NCBI RefSeq assembly: GCF_006345805.1
Contig: NC_043020.1
Coordinates: forward strand, 9,052,001-9,116,000
Length of the DNA stretch: 64,000 nucleotides
Source of the DNA: Octopus sinensis
Taxonomy: Eukaryota
Reading direction: 5' to 3'
Below, in pieces: positions 25,500 through 35,974 of this stretch. A program made the position numbers and the translations under genes. The notes under the pieces were generated by a model that saw only the letters and a program-made list of their open reading frames with translations, did no database searches and had not been told where the DNA came from. Each line of letters begins with the position of its first letter. The first letter of the stretch is position 1.

Positions 25500-25790
25500 C
25501 ACACACAGTGGTTAGGCTGTTGCACTCGTGATCGCTAGATCGTGGGTTTGATTCCCTGACTGGGCGGCACATTGTGTTCTTTTCACTTCATTTCACATTG
25601 CTCCCGTCCCCATTTCAATCGGGGGAAGAATGTTGGCCTGCTCACCTACCCAGCAGGGTGGCGTCATTTGAAGGCTAAAACAGTGCAAAAGCACATTGTG
25701 GCCAGTGATGTGTAACATCTGATATCCTGGTTGGTCACATGATCATGTGATATGTATGTATTTGTGTGTTTATGTGTATATATATATATA
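25500..25790 (+). mobile_element. SINE family D variant
   Basis: gtggttagg...ggtttgattccc tRNA-like head; tail ggcgtcatttgaaggctaaaac. Confidence 0.7.
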
Positions 25791-25794
25791 TAAT

Positions 25795-26621
25795 ATATAT
25801 ATATATCACATCAAGGAAGGCCATAATAGGCCATTCACCCACTAGAAATAACAGCCAAAGCTCAAACGCAAAATAACTCAATTCCGTAAACCAGAGAAAA
25901 TTAAAAAACATTTACCCTGTAATTTCTATACGATGCACCGTTTCATCTACTTTAATGGTAACAACCCTGATTAAATTAAATCAAGCCAATCTACCATAGG
26001 CCCTTAGATTCATCAGTAAAATAGCCAAGTCGGAACAGATATTTTTCATGAGGCATTCCCGTCCCTGCCTCGGCAATTCTGACCTAAAATTTTCAAATCA
26101 TCGCACTCGCGCCAAATTTATCGGCAGCAAATAAATATAAGCCGCCGATATCCATTACGGAATTAACCAAAAATTCATAATTAATCAATTAGGGTGGCAA
26201 AAAAAAAATAATTTTGTAGAATTTTTTTGCCACCAGCGGCCTAGTGGGAAAAAATTAAATAGTCATAGACCATTTTTAAGTTCAACATCACAATCAAGGA
26301 ACGGCCATATAGGCCATTCACCAACTAGAAATAACAGCCAAAAGCTTCAACCGCAAAATAACATCAATTCCGTAAACCAGGAGAAAATTAAAAAAACATT
26401 TACCCTGTAATTTCTTATACATGCACCGGTTACGGAATTGATGTTATTTTGCGGTTGAAGCTTTTGCTGTTATTTCTAGTGGGTAATGGCCTATTATGGC
26501 CGTTCCTTGATTGTGATGTTGAACTTAAAAATGGTCTATGACTATTTAATTTTTCCCACAGGCCGCTGGTGGCAAAAAAATTCTACAAAATTTTTTTTGC
26601 CACCCTATATTGATTAATTAT
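25795..26621 (-). mobile_element. Retrozyme / non-autonomous Penelope-like element, copy 1
   Basis: Duplicate of 26821-27652 with many 1-nt deletions. Confidence 0.7.
25922..26022 (-). ncRNA. Type I hammerhead ribozyme, copy 1 (core intact, stem I with indels)
   Basis: CTGATGA (26016-26010), ATCTA/TAGAT stem II, GAAACGG-TGCA-TCGTA; stem I shortened by single-base deletions. Confidence 0.7.
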
Positions 26622-26788
26622 ATATATATATATATATTATATATATATATATATGGCCTGCTCTCTTAGCCAGCGGGGTGGCGTCATTTGAAGGCTAAAA
26701 CAGTGCAAGCACATTGTGGCCAGTGATGTGTAACATCTGATATCCTGGTTGGTCACATGATCATGTGATATGTATGTATGTGTGTGTT

Positions 26789-26820
<32 letters not shown>

Positions 26821-26821
<1 letters not shown>

Positions 26822-27649
26822 CACAATCAAGGAACGGCCATAATAGGCCATTCACCCACTAGAAATAACAGCCAAAAGCTTCAACCGCAAAATAACATCA
26901 ATTCCGTAAACCAGGAGAAAATTAAAAAAACATTTACCCTGTAATTTCTTATACGATGCACCGTTTCATCTACTGTTTAATGGTAAACTACCTGATAAAT
27001 TAAATCAAGCCAATCTACCATAGGCCCTTAGATTCATCAGTAAGAAATAGCCAAGTCGGAACAGATATTTTTCATGAGGCATTCCCGTCCCTGCCTCGGC
27101 AATATCTGACCTAAAATTTTCAAATCATCGCACTCGCGCCAAATTTATCGGCAGCAAATAAATATAAGCCGCCGATTCCATTACGGAATTAACCAGAAAT
27201 TCATAATTAATCAATATAGGGTGGCAAAAAAAAAATAATTTTGTAGAATTTTTTTGCCACCAGCGGCCTAGTGGGAAAAAATTAAATAGTCATAGACCAT
27301 TTTTAAGTTCAACATCACAATCAAGGAACGGCCATAATAGGCCATTCACCCACTAAATAACAGCCAAAAGCTTCAACCGCAAAATAACATCAATTCCGTA
27401 AACCAGGAGAAAATTAAAAAAACATTTACCCTGTAATTTCTTATACGATGCACCGGTTTACGGAATTGATGTTATTTTGCGGTTGAAGCTTTTGGCTGTT
27501 ATTTCTAGTGGGTGAATGGCCTATTATGGCCGTTCCTTGATTGTGATTTTGAACTTAAAAATGGTCTATGACTATTTAATTTTTCCCACTAGGCCGCTGG
27601 TGGCAAAAAAATTCTACAAAATTTTTTTTGCCACCCTATATTGATTAAT

Positions 27650-27652
<3 letters not shown>
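26821..27652 (-). mobile_element. Retrozyme / non-autonomous Penelope-like element, copy 2 (about 1.3 tandem 492-494-nt monomers plus an inverted 198-bp copy)
   Basis: tcacaatcaagg recurs at 26821 and 27315; hammerhead inside; inverted arm 27455-27652; (TA)n on both sides; no ORF of 60 aa or more inside. Confidence 0.75.
26944..27048 (-). ncRNA. Type I hammerhead ribozyme, complete
   Basis: Minus strand: ATTTCTTA-CTGATGA-ATCTA-[56 nt]-TAGAT-GAA-ACGG-TGCA-TCGT-A|TAAGAAAT; 8-bp stem I, 5-bp stem II, 4-bp stem III, GUA cleavage triplet. Confidence 0.85.
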
Positions 27653-27680
<28 letters not shown>

Positions 27681-27829
27681 TATATATGGCCTGCTCGCTT
27701 AGCCAGCGGGGTGGCGTCATTTGAAGGCTAAAACAATGCGAAGCGCATTGTGACCAGCGATGTGTAACAACATCTGATAGCCTGGTCGGTCACAGTGGTC
27801 ACGGTGAATATATATATATATATATATAT

Positions 27830-28310
27830 AGGGTGTGGTGAATAAATTGTCTAAATTACACAAAAATGAAAATAACATTGACATCTCATTTTAAGATATA
27901 TTTACCAAAATTACATAAAAATATTTTGGAATATTAAAGAGTAAATTTATTCAATAAAATCGCCATTGGCTTCAACCAACTTTGGAATATCCTGCAACTC
28001 TTCTGGATGGTCTCCTTGTTCATCTTTGGTGTGACAAGGAATTTTGTTGGTCTCTCACTCAACTGCACCCCACACATAATAAATCAAGGGAGTTGCAGTC
28101 TGGGGAATTAAGTGGCCAGATGTTAAGGGTGAGGTGATTGCAGAAATTGTCTTACAGCCATGACTGGGTTCCACTGCTTGTGTGGCATACTGCAGAGCCC
28201 TGTTGCCAGACATAGGGTCTTCCAGCAGCCATCCTCTTGACCCAGGGCAGCACTATCTCCTCCAGGCATTTGATGTAGGCCTCTGTGTTGAGCCTAAAGC
28301 CGTGTGAGGT
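27830..28310 (-). pseudogene. maT-type (DD37D) Tc1/mariner transposase 3' relic with terminal repeat
   Basis: WQQG(D)SAVCHT...WPLNSPDCNSLD / YYVWGAVE; 37 residues between the 2nd and 3rd catalytic positions; ta-gggtgt terminus at about 27830; stop and frameshift. Confidence 0.8.
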
Positions 28311-30078
28311 GCCATGCTGTGGTACTGAACCCTGAACCATGTGGTTGGGAAGCAAGCTTCTTACCACACAGCCATGCCTGCGATTATGTGCATACATAAA
28401 TACAATAGGCTTCTTTCAGTTTCCGTCTACCAGATCCACTCACAAGGCTTTGGTCAACATTAGTATAGGGTGCCTACACGTGAAATTTTTCCACACAACC
28501 GTGTCCATGCCTGCACACAGCCACCCCTGTGCCATGAATGTAAAGTTCTTGAACAATCATAGCACCGTCATCCTGACAAATAAAAAGGTTTTATGTGAGA
28601 ATTAGGGGCGCTAGAAATAGCTGCCAAATCTATCAAATCACACCTCAGTCGTACTGAAGGGAAGACGAGACACATTTGATAATGTGATTTTTAAGTGCAC
28701 TGCTGCACAGACTAGATGGTTACAGCTGGAATGCATTTAATCAGAAGTCTGCTCAATAGCATTAGTCTTATATTTAACGGAATAGCATTGTTATTGTCTA
28801 TGAATCCAAAATTTCTGGAGCAATTTCTTCAATTCTGGCACCATGACAGATACATAATTCTTAGTGGCAGCAAATGGCAGCAAAAATGGTTTTCTTTTTT
28901 TTTTCCCCTTTTTGTTTGTTTGTTTGTTTGTTTAATAGCATTTTATGTAATGTTTATTTGTTTTTTTTAAATTTATTTTCCATGTTTTTCAATTGTCTGA
29001 CTTCGTTTTACCTCATTCTTCCTGTCGTCATTGCCATACACCATCTTTAGCATCATCTTATTGCCACCACCACCACCACCATTGCCGCCATCATTGTCGC
29101 TGCCTCTATCGTTCATGCCATTGCTGCCGGCATCGGCATCGTTATCTCTGCTATCGTTATCTCCACCATTGCCATCATCATCACCACCATTATCACCACC
29201 ATCATCACCATCTGTTCATAAGAATTGTTTGTTGTATCAACCCCCGTCTCCTTTCCTCCTCATCTACCAATTGCAGGATTTCTGCTGTTTCTTATAACTG
29301 ATTCCATCTGTTAATATAAACATGTCAAACGCCACATGGAAGTTCTGTCATTTGCCTGGCCTTGGTACGATGCAGTGAGCTGGTGAAATGGCTGACATTT
29401 GCCTGGTTTTTAAACCTGCACTTGCTTATTGTAACAAAAAAAAAAACCTAAAGGCGGTGCTCCAGCATGGCCACAGTCAAATGACTGAAACAAGTAAGAG
29501 AGTATACATCTGTGCACATGCATACGTATACTTACTGAGACGTATAGCTCCTGCACACATACTCATGCTCTGATACATACACATACATGATACATACACA
29601 TACACATATCCTCGTTAAGCTAACAAGGGAGACTCTACCTAGTTGCTTGACTTGATGAAAACGGAGACCAAATCTCTCTCAAATCACACTCTACCATATT
29701 GTCTTGAAAAAATTGAAGTACACACTGGGCTTCTTTCAATTTCTCTCTACCAAATCCACTCGCAGGGGCTTGGTTGGCCTGAGACTATAGTAGAGACTTG
29801 CTCAACTGACATGCTTTGGAACTGAACCCAGAACCATGTGGTTAGGAAGCAAGCTTCTTACCATGTAGCCATGCCATCATGACTGTCTATGTGTGCATTA
29901 CCTCCGCTCTTGTGCATGCTTGCCCTGTCTTACACACATACCTTTCCTTGCTTGTATGCACCTCTCTCTCTCTCTCTCTCTCTCGTGCATTTCTCTCCCT
30001 TTCACTCACATGCCCCTTCTGCACATGCATCATTGCCCTCACACCTTCATGTACCTATGCTTTTTTTTTTTTGCCCAC

Positions 30079-30197
30079 GGGCATATGGTGTAGTGGTTAA
30101 GAGCGCGGGCTTCTAACCCCAAGATTCCGAGTTCGATTCCTGGCAGTGACCTGAATAATAATAATAATAGTAGCAATTATAATATCAAAAAATACCT
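30079..30197 (+). mobile_element. Short tRNA-Arg(TCT)-like SINE head with (AAT)n
   Basis: A box TGGTGTAGTGG, B box GTTCGATTCC, loop CT-TCT-AA; acceptor stem does not pair. Confidence 0.65.
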
Positions 30198-30706
30198 ATT
30201 TTTTTACTTTCAGTTTTTGCTCTCTTTTTCTCCATACTTTTATCCCAACATAATTGTATACACACACACAACACACACACACAGAGTTGTCCTTAAATGC
30301 AAGCTGTTACATGTGCACACCATCACATGTCACCTGGTTCTCTGTTCCTCTCCCTTCTCCTCCTTCTCCTCCTCCTCCTTCACATCAATACCTACTAACT
30401 TTCCTGCAATTGATAACATTAAAACATCATCTATCTATATATAGTCTTACATAGTTCTGACTGTACAGACTTATTGATTTTTTTTTCTTGTTTTGTTATT
30501 TTTCTTTGTTTCTTAAGCACCACCACAGCTTAGCTCGTTTGTGGGCCCCCTTCTCTCTCTCTCTCTCTCATTCTGTCTGTGTGGCTTTTTTGATATCTAT
30601 TTTTGCCATGAAGTCACGGATGAATTGTTGATGTTAGATAGGCTCAGGTCAGCCTTGGATGAGCAGACAGAAGATCAAAAGCTTAGGCTTATTTTTGACC
30701 ATTCTG

Positions 30707-30960
30707 TCATAATGTATCTAGGACTACATTATCCAATGTATCCTTATGTCCCAATATATCCAATGTGTCCCTCAGTCATAATGTATCTAGGACTACATTA
30801 TCCAATGTGCCCATCAGTCAGTGTATCTGGGACTACATTATCAAATGTGCCCATCAGTCAGTGTATCTGGGACTACATTATCCAATGTGCTCATTAGTCA
30901 CAGTCCATCTAGGTCTACACTATCCAATGTGTCCTCCTCTCATTGTGTATCCAATGTGTC
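30707..30960. repeat. About 40-bp minisatellite (cagtcagtgtatctgggactacattatccaatgtgcccat), 5-6 copies
   Basis: Direct reading. Confidence 0.85.
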
Positions 30961-31201
30961 ATTCCCTTTGCAAAATAGTTTCAATGACATTTAGCTGTTA
31001 TTTCTAGCAGATCAAATAACCATGTAAAGATGTCCATGTTGGTCCCAGTTTTTGTTTAACCACAAGTCAGTCCTTCCTGGCTGAGTAGACCTTAAAATCT
31101 GCCTTGACAAATTCTGCCTGACCTTTGCAAACATGGACAAGTGGATGCATGATGATGATGATGATGTCAAGAATTATGAGATTTCATTGCGATAATTTTC
31201 A

Positions 31202-31415
31202 AGGAGCCTGACCAGTCGCTATCAACTCGCACCAGTTGCCAGCAAGACCTCAGGTGTTCTTGGACCCCACACTGCTGATTACCCTTTGCAAAAATCAGGA
31301 TAGCTGTAGCCCATCAAGGAATGAGCCACGCAAGGTGGAGTGGCTGTTGCAGGGACTGTCACTCACCATTCACCATGGCAATGCCTTTGCAATCATGTCA
31401 ATGAGACATGGCTGA
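31202..31415 (+). pseudogene. CRE-like (RLE-type) non-LTR retrotransposon C-terminal relic
   Basis: RSLTSRYQLAPVASKTSGVLGPHT / ...EPRKVEWLLQGLSLTIHHGNAFAIMS resembles the P[IV]A.ET.G..G ... QRLS.A.QRGNA tail of CRE-clade ORFs. Confidence 0.55.
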
Positions 31416-31634
31416 ACACGCCCCTTTGGTCTGTAACTCTCTCCCTTTCATCTTCCTCTTAAGCCACGCCCCTTTTTTTCTTTTCCTTTGTTTCTTTGGT
31501 GAGATTTTTGTGTTTTTTTTTATCCTTTGATCCTTTATACATTTTATGACTTTCTTTCTTGTCTTCCTGTAAAAACATGTTGCTATTTTTAAAGTACCAG
31601 AGTCTTTAGTAAAATGCTTACCAATAGGCGCAAT

Positions 31635-32010
31635 AGGTGGTTGTGGAGTAAGAAGCTTGCTTCCCAACCAAATGGTTCCAAGTTCAATCCCACTGCATGG
31701 CACTTTGGGCAAGTGTCTTCTACTATAGCCTCGGGCTGACCAAAGCCTTCTGAGTGGATTTGCTCGACAGAAACTCAAAGAAGTCTATCATACATGTGTG
31801 TGTGTGTTCATTTCCCCACCACCATTGCTTGGCAACCAATGTTGGTGTGTTTATGTCCCAATAACTTAGTGGTTTAGCAAAAAAAACCGATAGAATAAGT
31901 ACTAGGCTTACAAAGAGTAAGTCCTGGGGTCGATTTTTCCTCCTAAAAACTTTTTAAGGTGGTGCTCCAGCATGGCCACAGTCAAACCATTGAAATGAGT
32001 AAAAGAATAA
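31635..32010 (+). mobile_element. SINE family A
   Basis: Head to tail motifs. Confidence 0.85.
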
Positions 32011-32039
32011 TCAAAATATCATATTCATTTTAAATTTAG

Positions 32040-32700
32040 GCACAAGGCCAGCAATTTCAAGAGAGAAATTACATTGACCGCAGTGCTCAACTGGTACATA
32101 TTTTCTCAACCCCAAAAGATGAAAGGTAAAGTCGACCTTGGTGGAATTGGAACTCAGAATGTGAAGCTAAGCATTTTGCCTGATCCTCTAACAGTTCTGC
32201 CACTTGCTGCCTTCCACTTGAAATATCACATGACCTTTTATGAAATAGCAAAGTCTTCAAACTTTGGGTTTGCATAGAAATGGGTTAAACACAGACTCAC
32301 ATCATCTGAACTCCAGCAGCTCAGATCAACACATACCCACTCCGACCTGCAATTGTTCTACCTCTAGAAATAATTGCTGTAATTAAATTCCTGCTAATTG
32401 AAGTTGCATGGTTCAGTGGTTAGAGCATTGGGTTCACAATCACGAGGTGGTGAGTTCGATTCTTAGACCGGGCAGTGTGTTGTGTTCTTGAGCAAGACAC
32501 TTTATTTTACATTGCTACAGTTCACTCATCTGTAGAAATGAGTTGCGATGTCACGGGTGCCAAGCTGTTTCGGCCCCTTTGCCTTTCCCTTGGATAACAT
32601 CGGTGGCATGGAGAGGGGAAGCTGGTATGCATGAGTGACTGTTGGTCTTCCATAAACAACCTTGCTTGGACTTGTGTCTCAGAGGAGAACTTTCTAGGAC
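32040..32700. mobile_element. SINE B (minus, 32040-32215) and SINE D variant (plus, 32405-32700)
   Basis: Family motifs; tggttcagtggttagagc...gagttcgattc head. Confidence 0.7.
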
Positions 32701-33050
32701 CTTCACCCTTTGATTGAAACATGTAGAGAGGTTATTTTAATTGTTGCTCTTGTTGTTGTTGTTGTTCACCCTTCTAGCTTCAAGATTTCAATGGTTTGAT
32801 TGTTTATCTTTAGAATGACATTGTAGGCTAGGCGTGAGAGGCTGAATCTGGCTGGTTTAAACATAAAACCGATATGTTTTGGCAGAATATGGCCAGCTTA
32901 AATTCTCAAGAGTTAACCTTAAGCTGGAACTGATTCAGTCGAGTTATGAACAAGGGCAATCCAGCTGTGGCCATCCTGTGTTTTTGCATTTTGAGGACTA
33001 CATTATCTAATGTGCTCTTCAATTTTTCCTTCGTTTTTAAGGTAATAGGG

Positions 33051-33677
33051 TAGTGGTTCTCAACCAGGGTCCATATGGCCCTTGGGGGTTTGTGTAAGAT
33101 TTTCTTTTTAAATTTATGCACAGTGAATTGGTTATACTTCAGGCATGGCTGTGTGGTAAGAAGCTTGTTTCCCAACCACATGGTTCCAGGTTCAGTCCCA
33201 CTGCATGGCACCTTGGGCAAGTGTCTTCTGCTACAGCGTCAGGCTGACTAAAGCTTTGTGAGTGGATTTGGTAGACAGAGACTGAAAGAAGCCCATTATG
33301 TGTCTGTCTGCCCCCCCTGCCCCTACCATTGTTTGACAACCAATGTTGGTGTGTTTACGTCCCCATAACTTAGTGGTTCGGCAAGAGACTGATAGAATAA
33401 GCACTAGACTTACAAAGAATAAGTCCTGGGGGTCAATTTGTTTGACTAAAAACCAATTCAGGCGGTGCTCCAGCCTGGCTGCAGTCAAATGACTGCAACA
33501 AGTAAAATTATACACACACACACACACACACACAACCTTTGTTATATATGAATTTTTATAATATTTAATTATTAGAATATAAGGGATTTTTTTGAACATC
33601 ATATGGTTATGAGGGACCACCTGAGTAAAATAGGAATTAAAAGGAGCCCAGTAGTAAAAAATGGTTGAGAGGCACTG
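33051..33677 (+). mobile_element. hAT-type MITE interrupted by SINE A (33141-33510)
   Basis: tagtggttctcaac ... gttgagaggcactg termini; imperfect 8-bp TSD taataggg/tagtagga; interior similar to 57744-57996. Confidence 0.65.
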
Positions 33678-34346
33678 TAGTAGGATGATATTTCCAGAGT
33701 GTGTGTGTGGGGGGGGGGGGGCAGGGTGGTGGTGGTGGTGAACGCAGTGAAGTGGTTGCAGTAAACCATAGCAACAGACAGAATTAGTGATCACCGCAAA
33801 TTTGATGCTGTGTGTGTGTGTGTGTGTGTTCACCCAACTATAGTAGACATTAATTAATGCGAATATAATTAATCACCACCTCTACCTACCTACCCACCCC
33901 CACCACCACCTATTCTTATATATTTCTTTGTCTAGTTTATCTGCTCTCCTCTTCCTGCTCCCCCCCTCTCTCTCTCTCTCTCTCTCTTTCTGTACAGTTT
34001 TTTTTGTTTTTGTTGTTTTCTTTCATGCTATCTTCCATGTGTCTGACAATCTGCCTTTGTTCTTCAGTCTTTTGCATTGTATCTCATATGGTCATGGTGT
34101 GGGTGGATGGCTAGAGGATTGTTTGTGATGGTTGTCATGGCAACGGTCCTCTCTCTCTACTTTTCTCTCCTCTGTTTCTCTCCTCTGTTTCTCGACCTGG
34201 CCCTTCCCGCTTTCTCTCCCTCCTATCTCACTCTGCTCCATCCAACACACCTTTTTTCTCCATCACATCTCTCTTTGTCTATATATAAATACACACACAC
34301 ACGCATACGAATGTATATTGATGTACATACATAAATGCGCACACGA

Positions 34347-34385
<39 letters not shown>

Positions 34386-34533
34386 CATACACATTTCCAC
34401 ATATGATCGTTCACATCAGCCGCGTTTTTCCTATTCAGTTGCGGGTTCTGTTTAATAAGTAATTTCTGTCTCCATTCACTCATGTTGATGCATTAAACCA
34501 CAAAAGTCACTCCTCCTTCATCTACTCCGAGAG

Positions 34534-34620
<87 letters not shown>

Positions 34621-34624
34621 TATC

Positions 34625-34833
34625 ATTCACTCTTTTACTTGTTTCAGTCATTTGACTGTGGCCATGCTGGAGCACCACCTTTAATCAAGCAACTCGACCC
34701 TGGGTCTTATTCTTTTGTAAGCCCAGTACTTATTCTATCGGTCTCTTTTTGCCGAACCGCTAAGTGACGGGGACACAAACACACCACCATCGGTTGTCAA
34801 GCAATACTAGGGGGACAAACACAAACACACATG

Positions 34834-34865
<32 letters not shown>

Positions 34866-35310
34866 CGACGGGCTTCTTTCAGTTTCCGTCTACCAAATCC
34901 ACTCACAAGGCTTTGGTCAGCCCGAGGCTATAGTAGAAGACACTTGCCCAAGATGCCATGCAGTGGGACTGAACCCGGAACCATGTGATTGGTATGCAAG
35001 CTACCTACCACACAGCCACTCCTACATATATAATGTACCTTTTTCGTAGTTTGAGTCATTGGACTCCAGCCATGCTGGGGCACTACCTTGATAGGGTTAG
35101 TCAAATAAATCAGCCACAGTACATTCTTCATGTTAAGCCTCTTACTTATTCCATCGGTGTCTTTTGGCAAACCACTAAGTTACAGGGACATAAACAAACC
35201 ACCACTGGTTGTCAAGTGTTGGTGGAGGACAAAAGCAAATCCAAAGACGCATGTAAATATGTACACATGCACACACATTTATGATGGGCTTCTTTCAGTT
35301 TCCATGTAGC
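34625..35310 (-). mobile_element. SINE A full copy (34625-35022) plus a second partial copy
   Basis: Family A motifs in reverse complement. Confidence 0.85.
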
Positions 35311-35523
35311 AAATACACTCATATGACACACGTGTATGTATGTGTGTGTATATATATATATATATATGTGCATACACACACATATTCATGTCCCCCTACA
35401 TGGCCTTGGTATTTGCTTTTGAACCAAATTAACTAACTAACTAACTAACTAACATATATATATCTTTTACTCTTTTATGTTTCAGCCCTAAGGCTGTGGC
35501 CATGCTGGGGTACCACCTACTGC

Positions 35524-35559
<36 letters not shown>

Positions 35560-35564
<5 letters not shown>

Positions 35565-35940
35565 ATATAAACGGCAGTTTGTCTGTGTGTGTTTCTGTGT
35601 GTCTGTTTGGTTGTACCCTCACCCTGACCAACGGCTTTCAACAACCTGCGATGAAACTTGACCACACATAGCCCAATGCATAATTCAAAACTAACGCAGC
35701 GAAAATTTTGAAAAGTTCCCCCACTTCTGAAAAAGATCGATAAATTCGACATGGGGTCGAGAATCAGAAACACAAACCACAGATGGCTAGGGGACGCAAC
35801 TCGACCTTTTTAACTATCAAAAAAAAATTTACCATCATTTTTTTTCCCATTTTTTGCTATATTTTTTGCTATAACTCTCTAAAAAATGCTTTATAGTTAT
35901 TTCCCTTACAAACCCGAGCAACGCCGGGCGATACTGCTAG
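35560..35940 (+). mobile_element. Non-autonomous Helitron
   Basis: 5' TC(TATA...), subterminal hairpin cccgagcaacgccggg 35913-35928, 3' CTAG at 35937-35940 followed by T; no TSD; sits in (TA)n. Confidence 0.8.

Positions 35941-35974
<34 letters not shown>

Noticed and set aside
30079-30153. tRNA-Arg(TCT) gene
   Set aside because: The acceptor stem cannot pair and the D, anticodon and T stems have mismatches; followed by (AAT)n, so a SINE head
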